DNA of 64,000 nucleotides from an uncultured Thermoanaerobaculia bacterium (GCA_964599475.1 CAZRFU010000008.1:34409-98408), one strand, 5' to 3'; positions 35,054 to 44,362 are shown, counted from the stretch's first letter. Notes: generated by a model from the sequence alone, not told the origin. Numbers and translations: made by a program.

Positions 35054-36496
35054 TCACCCTACCGTCGCCGACCAGCGTTCGGTCGTCCCGCTTTCGAAAT
35101 CGTCGGCGAACAAGCCAACCTCGGGCCTGCGCTCGAGGGTCGGCAGCCAGCCGGGATTGGGCCCGTCGGTGGCATAGGCGCCGCGCCGCAGCGGATCGCG
35201 GAGGCTACCGTTGAAGTCGCGGTTCCAGTCGGTGAAGCGGTCGAGCCCACTTTCGTCGACCGCGGTCCCGAGCAACGCTCCGACCAACGGGTGGAGGTCG
35301 AGGCCGGGCAGGGCTGCCGTCGGAGCGGCCAGAGCACCGGCGGCCGCGGCGAAGCTGCCGACGGTGTTGCCGCTCTGCGTCCCACCCGAGAGCGGCGTTG
35401 CGGCAAAGACCGCGTTGCCGACGACCAGCTGCGAAAAGCCCGGCGCCGGGCTCGACACGCTGATCCCCGAGCTCGTCGCCACCACGGTGTTCCTGAAGAT
35501 CGCCACGTCGCGGGCGACGCCCCCTTCGTGCGCTTGCACGAACACCCCCGGCCCCAGGTCGTTGAAAACCAGATTGGCGTAGAAGGCGATGTTGCCGGTG
35601 CCCTGGAACACCCCTTCGGTGCCGGAATCGTTGCGGACGAAGAGGTTGCCGTAGACCTCGGTGATGTCGTCGGCACCAGGTCCGGTGAGCGGCGCGTGCC
35701 CCACCAGCAAGTTCGGCCGAGCCAGCCCGCCGGTCGACCCGTTGTTGGCTTTGACGAAGACATTGTGGCGCACGATCGTTCGACCGGGCACCGGCATCGA
35801 CGGATGGGACCGGCCGTTCTGGTGTTTGATCTGCATGCCGTAGCCGATGGTGTCCGCGACGAGGTTGTACTCGACCAGCGAGTGGACGAATTCGTCGTTG
35901 CCGTCGGAGTTGCCGAGGTACAGGCCGGTGCCCGCCGGCGGATCACCCACCCCGCCGAGAATGCGGTTGCGGCGGATCACCCAGTTCCACGCCGGGCATT
36001 TGGTCGAGATGCCGACGGTTTGTTGATCCCCGCCGGCGTGGGAGTGGATCAGCAGGTTCTCGAGCGTGACGTGGTGGGCGAATGATGCAGTGCTTTCGCA
36101 CTTGACCGCATCGACTCCGGCGAGATCACCGCCGTCGAGCTCGAGGTTGCGGATCACCACCCACGCGACATCGACCAGGCTGACGGTGTTGCAACACGCC
36201 CGCGCCGGGAACCGCGCGGGTGGACCCTCGGCAGGGCCCTCGAGCACGATGCAGGCATTCGGCGCGCCGGTGAGTCCCGAAAGCGGCAGACCCAAGGTGT
36301 AGGTCCCGCCGGCAAATCGCACCAAGTCCCCAGCCACCAAGGTCGGCAGCAAAGCGCGATAGTCGTCCGCCGGACCAATGTCGAAGATCCGCTGGGGTAC
36401 AGTCCCGGCACATTCCCCGTACTCCGCCACCAGCTGGTCGGCCGCGACGGGGATAGCCACGACCCAACCGACCAGCACCACCAGGAGACTTCGCAT
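35054..36496 (-). CDS. Secreted right-handed parallel beta-helix (pectate-lyase-fold) protein
   Basis: Signal peptide MRSLLVVLVGWVVAIPVAA. Repetitive N/G/V-rich turns (IRNLELDG, VIRRNRILG, IVRHNVFV, IFRNTVVA) typical of beta-helix repeats. ATG 36496 is preceded by GGAGG. Confidence 0.7.
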   Translation of the reverse strand: MRSLLVVLVGWVVAIPVAADQLVAEYGECAGTVPQRIFDIGPADDYRALLPTLVAGDLVRFAGGTYTLGLPLSGLTGAPNACIVLEGPAEGPPARFPARACCNTVSLVDVAWVVIRNLELDGGDLAGVDAVKCESTASFAHHVTLENLLIHSHAGGDQQTVGISTKCPAWNWVIRRNRILGGVGDPPAGTGLYLGNSDGNDEFVHSLVEYNLVADTIGYGMQIKHQNGRSHPSMPVPGRTIVRHNVFVKANNGSTGGLARPNLLVGHAPLTGPGADDITEVYGNLFVRNDSGTEGVFQGTGNIAFYANLVFNDLGPGVFVQAHEGGVARDVAIFRNTVVATSSGISVSSPAPGFSQLVVGNAVFAATPLSGGTQSGNTVGSFAAAAGALAAPTAALPGLDLHPLVGALLGTAVDESGLDRFTDWNRDFNGSLRDPLRRGAYATDGPNPGWLPTLERRPEVGLFADDFESGTTERWSATVG

Positions 36497-36544
36497 CGGG
36501 CACCTCCGTGAGGAGAGACGGATCGGATGGTGCGAGTCTCTCAT

Positions 36545-36577
36545 TCTGGGTACTGGGTATCGGGTATCAGGTATCGG
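36545..36577. repeat. Heptanucleotide tandem array (GGGTACT / GGGTATC units)
   Basis: ctgggta ctgggta tcgggta tcaggta tcggg. Upstream of the beta-helix gene start. Inverted relative to array 36688-36732. Confidence 0.85.
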
Positions 36578-36687
36578 GCTCGCGCGTGAACGGCGCGTCG
36601 CCGCCCTGTGAGTCGAAGCAGCGCCCACCCAGCTTCGGACAGTCCACACCGCGCTCCGCGCAGCACAGCCGAGTGATGTCTGAGGCC

Positions 36688-36732
36688 TGATACCCGATAC
36701 CTGATACCCGATACCCGATACCCGATACCGGC
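36688..36732. repeat. Heptanucleotide tandem array (GATACCC / GATACCT units, about 6 units)
   Basis: tgatacc cgatacc tgatacc cgatacc cgatacc cgatacc gg. It ends 4 nt before the ABC permease stop. Reverse complement of the 36545 array type. Confidence 0.9.
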
Positions 36733-36735
36733 TGA

Positions 36736-37914
36736 TCACCGCGGTCGCTGGATCCACCGCGCGATCTCGGTGAGCGATGGCTCCTTGCCGTAGAGCATCA
36801 TCCCCATCTCGAAGATCTTCCCCGCGAGCGCTCGCACCAGCCAGATCGTGCCGACCAGCAACACCGTCGACACGCCGATCTCGAGCCACCCAGGATCGGA
36901 GAGCACCATGCGGATCGGCAACGCCGGCGCACTCGTCAACGGAAAGATCGCGAGCACCTTGGCCAGCAGCGAGTCGGCGTCCTTGAACAGCGCGATCGAC
37001 ATCACCACCGGCAACATCGGCAACATCATCAGCGACGAGCGGCTCGAGGTGTTCGGGTCATCGAGGGTCGACGACACCGCCGCGAAGAAGGCGTTCCACA
37101 GCAGCAGGCCGAGCGCGGTGAAGACCATCATCACCAGCACCGCAGTCGGCCGCGTCGCGATCGTGGGGATGGCGAATCCCGTAGCCAGTTGGGCGACGAA
37201 CGCCACCACCGCCCAGCTCACCCCGAGGTTGACCACCGTCGCCAGCGCAAAGGCCGAGATGCCGAGCACCTTGCCGTCGATCCAGGCCTGCGGCGAGATC
37301 GCGCTGACCACCGACTCCGTGACCCGCAGCTGCTTTTCGCCGGCGATGCCGGTCATCATGTAGGCCATGCTGGTGAACACCGCCATCAGCAGAGCGCCGA
37401 CCGCCACCGCCGCGGCGATCTTTTCGGCCTTGCCGCGACGCTCGCGGTTGGGATCGGTGAACCGCACCTCGAGCGGCACCGGCGCCACGATCGTTTCGAG
37501 CTCGGCCGGTGACAATCCAGCGGCCGCCAAACGTTCCCGTCGGACGACCGCAGTCGCCAGCGCCTCGAGCTCGGTGCGGAATCCTGGGTCCTTGAGCACC
37601 AGCAGCTCGAAGCTGCCGTCTGTCCGCCGTTGCAACACGGCGTCGAGCTCACCCTCTTCGAGCAGGCCCACCCATGACTCCCGATCGGGCGGCGCCGCCA
37701 CCAGCTCGAGCCGACTCCCGCGTTCGGCCTCGAGCTCGACGCCGGCGAGTGCCACGGTCTTCTTGCCGCCCTTGGCACCCGCCACCATCGCCGCGCCGGC
37801 CCAGGCGAAGCCGATCAGCGCAAACACCACCAAGCCGATGATCTGGTCTTTCCACTTGAAATAGCGGCGAAACTCCCACTCGGCCACGGTGAGAGCCTGG
37901 TCGACGTGTCTCAT
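36736..37914 (-). CDS. ABC-2 type transporter permease
   Basis: 392 aa. N-terminal TM, large extracytoplasmic loop, then five C-terminal TM helices. Start overlaps the stop of the ATPase gene (ATGA). Confidence 0.8.
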   Translation of the reverse strand: MRHVDQALTVAEWEFRRYFKWKDQIIGLVVFALIGFAWAGAAMVAGAKGGKKTVALAGVELEAERGSRLELVAAPPDRESWVGLLEEGELDAVLQRRTDGSFELLVLKDPGFRTELEALATAVVRRERLAAAGLSPAELETIVAPVPLEVRFTDPNRERRGKAEKIAAAVAVGALLMAVFTSMAYMMTGIAGEKQLRVTESVVSAISPQAWIDGKVLGISAFALATVVNLGVSWAVVAFVAQLATGFAIPTIATRPTAVLVMMVFTALGLLLWNAFFAAVSSTLDDPNTSSRSSLMMLPMLPVVMSIALFKDADSLLAKVLAIFPLTSAPALPIRMVLSDPGWLEIGVSTVLLVGTIWLVRALAGKIFEMGMMLYGKEPSLTEIARWIQRPR

Positions 37915-38900
37915 CGAGTCTCCTCCGCACCGCCAAAGTTGGAGCGACCGGCCTCGGTGCGGCCAGCCTCGGCGCGGCCGGCTTCGGCGTTGCGCACGGC
38001 TCGCACAAAGACGTCGTGCAGCCGCGGGGCTTCGGTGCTGAGACCCTCGAGCGGGAACTGCTGCGCCACCCGCGCCAGGAACGCCGGCCGTGAGGCCCCA
38101 GGTGCGAGGACGACGTGGATCCCCGCACCGTCCTCCGCCACCTCCTCGACGTCGGGATCCTCGGCCAGCCGCGTGAGGTCGGCGCCGGCCGCAAGCTCGA
38201 GCCGCAGGCTCGGTCGCGCATCGACGCGGGCGTGGAGCTCACCCATCGCCCCGGAGAGGATCTCGCGCCCGCGATGCATCACCAGGACGCGATCGGCGAT
38301 GCGCTCGACCAAGTCCATCTGGTGCGCTGACAGCAACACCGTCATGCCGTCGCGGCGCAGCTCGCCGACCAGCTCGAGGAAGCGCTCCTGGCTGAGGGGA
38401 TCGAGCCCCGAAAACGGCTCGTCGAGGATCGCCACCTCGGGCCGATGCAACACCGCGGTGATCAGCTGCACCCGTTGCTGGTTGCCCTTCGACAACGAAT
38501 CGACTCGCTCGTGGCGCCGATCGAGCAGCTCGAGCCGTTCGAGCCACTCGTGGGCGCGGCGGTCGGCCTCCTTGCGCGCCAGGCCACGCAGCCGGCCGAA
38601 GTAGACCACCGTGCGCAACACCGACAGCTCGCGGTAGAGGCCCCGCTCCTCGGGCAGATACCCTGACAGCTCGGGCGGCAACTTGCCCGCGCGCCACCCT
38701 CCCAGGTGCACCTCGATCGTGCCGGCGTCCGGCGCGATCATCCCCACCAACATCCGCACCGTGGTGGTCTTGCCCGCCCCGTTCGGCCCCAACAACGCGA
38801 ACACCTCGCCCCGGCGGATCTCGAACGACAAGCGGTCGACCGCGACCTGCGCCCCGAAGTGTTTCTCCACCGCGTCGAACCGCACCACCACGTCAGCCAT
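37911..38900 (-). CDS. ABC transporter ATP-binding protein
   Basis: Walker A GPNGAGKTT, signature LSKGNQQRV, Walker B VAILDEPFSGLD. ATG 38900 matches the canonical N-terminus. The longer track ORF start is rejected because it runs through a heptamer array. Confidence 0.93.
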   Translation of the reverse strand: MADVVVRFDAVEKHFGAQVAVDRLSFEIRRGEVFALLGPNGAGKTTTVRMLVGMIAPDAGTIEVHLGGWRAGKLPPELSGYLPEERGLYRELSVLRTVVYFGRLRGLARKEADRRAHEWLERLELLDRRHERVDSLSKGNQQRVQLITAVLHRPEVAILDEPFSGLDPLSQERFLELVGELRRDGMTVLLSAHQMDLVERIADRVLVMHRGREILSGAMGELHARVDARPSLRLELAAGADLTRLAEDPDVEEVAEDGAGIHVVLAPGASRPAFLARVAQQFPLEGLSTEAPRLHDVFVRAVRNAEAGRAEAGRTEAGRSNFGGAEETR

Positions 38901-38943
38901 GCTCGGTCCTACGGTTCGGGCCGCTCGATATTCCGCCGGATCT

Positions 38944-38980
38944 GGGACCCGGGACCCGGGATCCGGGACCCGGGATCCGG
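38944..38980. repeat. Heptanucleotide tandem array (GGGACCC / GGGATCC units, about 5 units)
   Basis: gggaccc gggaccc gggatcc gggaccc gggatcc gg, 44 nt upstream of the ABC ATPase start. Confidence 0.9.
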
Positions 38981-39020
38981 CGGAGCGGGTCTGGTGCATG
39001 GCCCGCGGGAGCGCCCCAGG

Positions 39021-39042
39021 GGTGCGCGTGGAAGCGCGCAGC
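39021..39042. repeat. Repeated GC hairpin element, copy 1 (within the about 60-nt repeat 38988-39050)
   Basis: ggtgcgcg tggaag cgcgcagcc preceded by gggagcgccccagg. Homologous to 54756-54777 and 56361-56381. Lies downstream of hicB on the minus strand, so it may act as a terminator. Confidence 0.6.
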
Positions 39043-39181
39043 CTTTCGGGGACTTGTCGGTGATCACCGTCGCAGCCTCGGCGCTGGACGTCGGGACCCG
39101 GCCCCCGTGCGCTGGCGGCCACGGAAGGCGGTGGCGGGCCAACTATGGCGCACCACAGCCGGGTGCGGAACAACCGCTGCG

Positions 39182-39421
39182 CTACGCGACGCTCTGCATC
39201 CGGTTGGCGAAATCACGTCCCGAGGTCGGGGGTGGGAGGGGTCTGCCATCCTGCTGATAGAGGGCAACCACCTCCTCGACGATTTCGCAAAGCTCCTCGA
39301 ACACGGCTTGCTCGTTCTCACCATGGCAACCGCCCAAGAACAAGCCCGGGGCACTCCCGACGTAGCACTGATCCTCGTCAGACCATTCGACGATCTTCGC
39401 GTATCGCGCGCCGGCCTTCAT
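39182..39421 (-). CDS. hicB: HicB-family antitoxin (orphan)
   Basis: 79 aa MKAGARYAKIVEWSDEDQCYVGSAPGLFLGGCHGENEQAVFEELCEIVEEVVALY is the typical HicB/UPF0150 N-domain pattern. ATG 39421 is preceded by GGAGG. No intact hicA next to it. Confidence 0.75.
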   Translation of the reverse strand: MKAGARYAKIVEWSDEDQCYVGSAPGLFLGGCHGENEQAVFEELCEIVEEVVALYQQDGRPLPPPTSGRDFANRMQSVA

Positions 39422-39739
39422 TCTGTACCTCCGCAAGCGCCCTGCGCACCGCTCGGACCTGATAGTGCCTGGCATCGTCTCCCAGGTTGCCGCAGACTCG
39501 TCACGGGTGCTTCCGCGAGCGGCGCTGCACCCGTTCTCCGCTACGGCCGCCTCACGGCGACCAAGGCCTGCGAAAGCCTCCAGCGACCCTATGGTACCGT
39601 CGCCCGGGAAAAGCGGGAAGCGTCCGCATCAAATGCGCAATCGTCCTGATCTCCAGTCCTGCATGAGATTCTCACACGGCATTGCCCCACCCGCCCAGAA
39701 AGCGCTTCCTACCTCACTGTTTCCGCCAGAATCGCGTCT

Positions 39740-42700
39740 ATGAAAGGCACTCAATCAGGCGCTAACCGCGGGGGGGCCGTCAACCTCCGGGGCATCCACT
39801 ACCAGCTCGTGGTGAGCTTCTCAGAAGCCGCAACTGCGGTTCGAGTGTTCCAGCACTCGGGCAAGGAAAGCAACTCGGAGTCGATTACCCTGATCGTGGA
39901 GCCACCCGGAGGTGGAGACAGTGCGGTCGAGTACGGCGGCCGCCGCCGCGTCCAGCAGATGAAGACCTCGACCAGCCCGTGGGCCCTGGCTCGCCTCACG
40001 AAGGCACTCTACGACCCGTATCTCGCGAGCACTTCGGATGAAAATGCTGCTGCTGCGGTCGAGCTCATCACCGACGCGGCTCTGGCCCCCAGCGCCAGAG
40101 GTCTCCCCGATGCCTTGCAGCGGCTTCGGGAGGTTGCCGCGAACGAGGGGCCCGCCGCGGCGGCGCGCGTCGAGCTCCGGTCGTGCGGGAAGAGCCTGAG
40201 CTTGCTGGACTACTTCTGCACTAAGCTGAAGCTCGGGGATGGCCTGGATCCGGTTGAGCATCAGCGAGGAGTGCTCCAGTTCCTGCGCAAATTGCAGTTG
40301 CGAACCGGAGAGGACTTCGCAGCGCACAAAGATGCGTGCGTCGACCTCGCCCGCCGACACGGGAGCGCCGACCCCGACAAGGACATCGCGGCGGTGGTCG
40401 GGTGGCTACTCGGCCACGGCAAGGACGGAGGTGGCTCGGTCACTCTGGCGCAGATCTTCGAGCGGCTCGGGCTGGCCCGTCGCGACCTCGCGCAATGGCC
40501 GTTCCTCTGCCAACTGTCCCGGGACCAGCTGATCATCGATACTGGCCGCGCCCCGATCCGCTACAACGTCACTCGTGATGCTCGAGCGTCCGATCCGTGG
40601 CCTTCGCTGCTGCTCCCCGGAGCCTACACCCCGAAGCCTCTCGTTTTTGGCGGTGCTCCCGGCACGGGAACGACCTGGCTCCTGGCGCGCTGGGCGCACA
40701 GAACGGCTGCCTTCACCCATCCGGCGTTGCTGGTCTGGCTGTCATCCGAACAGGACCCACAGCGCGACCTCGATCGGGCCGCCCGCAAGTTCGGCAATGA
40801 CATCTGGCTCCTGGATCTACCACTACCAATGCCCGCCCTGACTCGTCGCATTCGAGAGCGAGGATCCCAGATCGCCGAACCTTGGATGGTGATCTTCGTG
40901 GATGGAGTCCGCACGCCGAGGTACCTCGAACAGCTGATTGGCCTCGAGCCGGCTTCCTTGGGAGTCCAGGTAGTCGTCGCGCTCTCCCACGAGCTCGACC
41001 CGCAGTCGGAGCTCCGCTCTCACATCGAGTACATCGAGGCAAGAGGCTTCGATCCGTCCGAGGTGCTGGCCTTCCTGGAGTTACGAGAGTGTCGCAAGCC
41101 GCCTCCCCCCGACGTACGCGAGCTTCTCGCGACGCCTGCGCTCGCTGCGCTGTTCGCAGAAATCCACGATGCTGCAGGAGGCTGGCAGCCCCAGAACGAA
41201 TACGAGCTCGTCGAGCGCCTCTGGCTCCATCGTTTCGCGACTCCCCTTCCGCTGAGCGCGGACGCCATCGCCGAGATCGAGGCCCAGCGATTGCTCGCGG
41301 CAACGCCCTCGGAAGGCTCGGTCCGCCCGAAACGAGTAGCCGACTTGACCGCAGGCCAGCTCCGAGCCGCCGGCTTGCGCCAGCTGGAGCTCGACGCCCT
41401 CGAAGCCTCAGGCGCGATTCGGCGCGACCCGCAAAGCCGGAGTTACGGCTGCTCGCACGACAGGATTCGGCAGTGGGCGACAGCTGAAGGTTTGTACCGG
41501 CTGATCGCCCAAGGAGGCCTCCCCGCCGGGGATGTGGCGACATTCTGTGCCGAGATCCTCTACGGAGAGAGAGCCGCATTCGGGCTGTTTGGCTACGTCC
41601 CCGCGGATCTCTTGTGGCTCCTTTGCGATCCCGCCACCGAAGGCCACTTCGACGCGACGGTGGACGAGATCCTGAGCAAGCTCGAAGGCCACTGGCGATT
41701 TCCCCAGCAAACTCGGTGGTTGGCGACCCTCGGCGGGCGCCTGGTCCCAGCGTTGAGTCGGGGACTGCGGCGCGACGAAAGCCGGCGCGAACGCCACACG
41801 TACCGGGATACTCTCGCCCGAATCGGCGGTCGCGAGGTCACACGCCTTGCCGCCGAGCTGGTCCTGCCCGGCCAGGACCTGGTGATGGTGACCACGGGGG
41901 TCGAGCTGCTCGCAGAGCTCGAGCACCCAGGCGGGCTCGAACGGCTATGGGAACTCCACGAACAGTGGTGGACAACCGTACGTTCGAGCCCGAAGGACCG
42001 CCCGGCGGGAGCGTCGGACGCCCCCTCCTGGTACCACCTCGGCATCAGCGAGCGTGCTCTCGCCCGTTCCGTCGCACAGCGGCCAGAGTGGCTGGCGGGG
42101 CAACTCAGCTCCGCTCCAGACCTGGCCGGCGCAAGGTCGACGCTCCTGTTCCTGCTCGCACGATCTGGTGCCCGCTCCGTCTGGCTGGAGCACAAGAATC
42201 ACCTCCGAGGGTTGATCGACAACAACAGCCGAGGAGGGTTCGTGCGCTGCATCGCGGCTTTCCGCGACGAAGAAGAGATCCCTTGGCTGAAGGACCGCGC
42301 CAACCATCAAGGAGACTTCGTCGCCCCCGAAGTGCTGCGAACCCTGGCGCTGCTCGAGCCAGGAGCGGAGTTGGCCGTCGTTGATCCAGGAGGCAAGGAC
42401 GTTGCCTGGGGTCGGCACTGGTGGCTCGGCCCGTCTTTGGCGCGACAGCCCGACGCCGCCAAAGTATTCCTGCGCGACCTCGTCCTCTCCTCGGAGGATC
42501 CGGCAGCGGTACTCTGGGACTACACGGGGTTCGAGCTATGGTGGGATGAATCCTTGCTCGAGGTGCTGGTGGAGTGGGCATCTGGGAGCCTGGGACGGGT
42601 CACGAGCGGTAGCGCTGGCCCGAACGAGGACCCTCTCTTCGGCCCGTTGTCGAGCCTCGCGAGTTGCCGCAGGCTCGCGCAGCTTCGTGGGCTCTGGAAG

Positions 42701-44362
42701 ATCGCACCCAGCTTGGATCGCAGACTGGGCGCTTGGCTGGGCTCGCTCGAGTCGAGCGAGGCGAGGGCCGAGAGCCTGAGCGCGCGCGAAGCCTCGGAGG
42801 TGTTGCGGCTGTTGGCTGGGCCCGGCGCCATGGAGGCCGGAGCCTCGATACTCTCGCGGGCGGTTACGTGGTTCGAGGGGCAGCGAGGGTTGGACCTCTG
42901 TGTGCGCGGAGCAACGGGCCTCGAGCTCGAAGTAAGCCTCGAGCTCGAAGTAATCCGTGCGCGTTCCCTTCGGCCGGCGGACCCCAACAGCGGCTCGGAC
43001 GGCCCGGTCCTCCAGCGCCTCTGCACGCTGGCCCTTGCCTATCTCGGGGACTACGCCGGCTTCGCCCGCGCCGTGGTCGAATGGGGCGTCGCGCTCCCGT
43101 CCGACTTCGCGGGGTACGTCGGCTGGACGCGTGAGGCCGGGTGCCCGAGACCGGAGCTGCTCACGGCCGCGCTCGAATCGCTCGAACAGCGCCCCATCCG
43201 CCCAGGATCCCTGCTCCTGCTCGGCATTCACGGCGGTCCAGAAGGGCAACGTGCACTGGGCGGAATCAGCCACGAAATACCCGAGGACGGCAGCGAAAAA
43301 CACCTCGCCTACATCGTGGCGCTGGACTACACAGGCGCGGGTACCGAGAGCGATCTGGGCATCTTTCTGCGGGGCATCGACCACGCTAACGACAGGATCA
43401 GGTTTGCTTGCTGGGCAGCGCTGGTGCACCGGAGCAAAGACCCAGTGGCGAAGAAGAAGCTCCTGGACGTCGCTCGGACCGCCGCGGGCGAATGGATGCG
43501 GAGGTCAGGCTACCTCCTCGACAACGCGACGACAGCCAAAGAAGCAGCCGAGCTGCTCTGGGCTCGTCGCTCCGAGCCCGGTTTCCTCTTCTGCCTCGGC
43601 GGGCGGCTCGACCAATTCGCCGACTTCGCGCTGCCTGGCCTCCGGGACTACCTCGTGGGACTGGCCATGAGACCCGCGCCCTTGTCCGGACACGCGCGTA
43701 TCGCGGCGATTCGAGGCCTGGCCAAGCTCGACCGGCCGGCCGCCGAAAGAGCCACTCTGGTTCTTGGCGAAGAGCGAGCCGGCTACGAGCTCGAGTGGCC
43801 GCATCTGGTGCTGGAGACAGTCGACGCCCCCCTCGAGCACCTGCAGGCTGAGCTTCGCAAGGCGCCGACCTTGATCCGACTCTTTATGGTGGGCGAGGCG
43901 CTCAGGACCGCTGAGAAATCGGAGATTCTCGACCAGTGGCTCGACGGGACTGACTGGCGGCTCCGCGAAGGAGCCTGCTACGCGATATGTGCCGCGCCCT
44001 GCACGCCATCGCGTGCCGCGGCCGTCAGGAGGGCGCTCGATGACCCGGAGGAGTCTGTCCGCGAGGCCGCCCAGCTCGCCAGCGAGTACCTCGACAAGGA
44101 CCGTGAGGTCTCTGCTCTGAGCGAGGCCCTCAGCAACGAGGTCGATCGAGCCCGGCAGTGGGCCCTCATGGATGCGATCCTCTCCCTCGGCTACCCCGGC
44201 CTGCGAGGCGGCTTCGGCCAGGTCTGCTGGTACGATCCGCTCGTGCGTGATCGCCCCTACTACGAGCAGCAGTACTGCCGTGGCAGCCTCGAGAGGCGGC
44301 GCAAGGCACTACGCCAAGACCTCGAGAAACGAGACAAGGGCTTTCGACGCAGCAGGTGGTGA
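39740..44362 (+). CDS. 1540-aa protein: Cap4/DUF4297-like PD-(D/E)xK nuclease N-domain, degenerate P-loop NTPase, long HEAT/ARM-like helical repeat region (STAND/Avs-like candidate)
   Basis: Uninterrupted ORF with ordinary amino-acid composition. aa 18-22 GIHYQ, then E54, D60 and Q73-M-K75. aa 304-312 GGAPGTGTT followed by MVIFVDG (aa 383-389). C-terminal HEAT-like units (e.g. ALDDPEESVREAAQLA). The coding call is confident; the function is inferred. Confidence 0.85.
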   Translation: MKGTQSGANRGGAVNLRGIHYQLVVSFSEAATAVRVFQHSGKESNSESITLIVEPPGGGDSAVEYGGRRRVQQMKTSTSPWALARLTKALYDPYLASTSDENAAAAVELITDAALAPSARGLPDALQRLREVAANEGPAAAARVELRSCGKSLSLLDYFCTKLKLGDGLDPVEHQRGVLQFLRKLQLRTGEDFAAHKDACVDLARRHGSADPDKDIAAVVGWLLGHGKDGGGSVTLAQIFERLGLARRDLAQWPFLCQLSRDQLIIDTGRAPIRYNVTRDARASDPWPSLLLPGAYTPKPLVFGGAPGTGTTWLLARWAHRTAAFTHPALLVWLSSEQDPQRDLDRAARKFGNDIWLLDLPLPMPALTRRIRERGSQIAEPWMVIFVDGVRTPRYLEQLIGLEPASLGVQVVVALSHELDPQSELRSHIEYIEARGFDPSEVLAFLELRECRKPPPPDVRELLATPALAALFAEIHDAAGGWQPQNEYELVERLWLHRFATPLPLSADAIAEIEAQRLLAATPSEGSVRPKRVADLTAGQLRAAGLRQLELDALEASGAIRRDPQSRSYGCSHDRIRQWATAEGLYRLIAQGGLPAGDVATFCAEILYGERAAFGLFGYVPADLLWLLCDPATEGHFDATVDEILSKLEGHWRFPQQTRWLATLGGRLVPALSRGLRRDESRRERHTYRDTLARIGGREVTRLAAELVLPGQDLVMVTTGVELLAELEHPGGLERLWELHEQWWTTVRSSPKDRPAGASDAPSWYHLGISERALARSVAQRPEWLAGQLSSAPDLAGARSTLLFLLARSGARSVWLEHKNHLRGLIDNNSRGGFVRCIAAFRDEEEIPWLKDRANHQGDFVAPEVLRTLALLEPGAELAVVDPGGKDVAWGRHWWLGPSLARQPDAAKVFLRDLVLSSEDPAAVLWDYTGFELWWDESLLEVLVEWASGSLGRVTSGSAGPNEDPLFGPLSSLASCRRLAQLRGLWKIAPSLDRRLGAWLGSLESSEARAESLSAREASEVLRLLAGPGAMEAGASILSRAVTWFEGQRGLDLCVRGATGLELEVSLELEVIRARSLRPADPNSGSDGPVLQRLCTLALAYLGDYAGFARAVVEWGVALPSDFAGYVGWTREAGCPRPELLTAALESLEQRPIRPGSLLLLGIHGGPEGQRALGGISHEIPEDGSEKHLAYIVALDYTGAGTESDLGIFLRGIDHANDRIRFACWAALVHRSKDPVAKKKLLDVARTAAGEWMRRSGYLLDNATTAKEAAELLWARRSEPGFLFCLGGRLDQFADFALPGLRDYLVGLAMRPAPLSGHARIAAIRGLAKLDRPAAERATLVLGEERAGYELEWPHLVLETVDAPLEHLQAELRKAPTLIRLFMVGEALRTAEKSEILDQWLDGTDWRLREGACYAICAAPCTPSRAAAVRRALDDPEESVREAAQLASEYLDKDREVSALSEALSNEVDRARQWALMDAILSLGYPGLRGGFGQVCWYDPLVRDRPYYEQQYCRGSLERRRKALRQDLEKRDKGFRRSRW

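Noticed and set aside
36578-36687. Spacer between the inverted heptamer arrays as a fifth (inverted, diverged) copy of the mosaic repeat core.
   Set aside because: Only short patches match (ggcc.tcagac, cac, gcggagcgc). That is too weak by eye to call without an alignment statistic, so it is mentioned only as a possibility.
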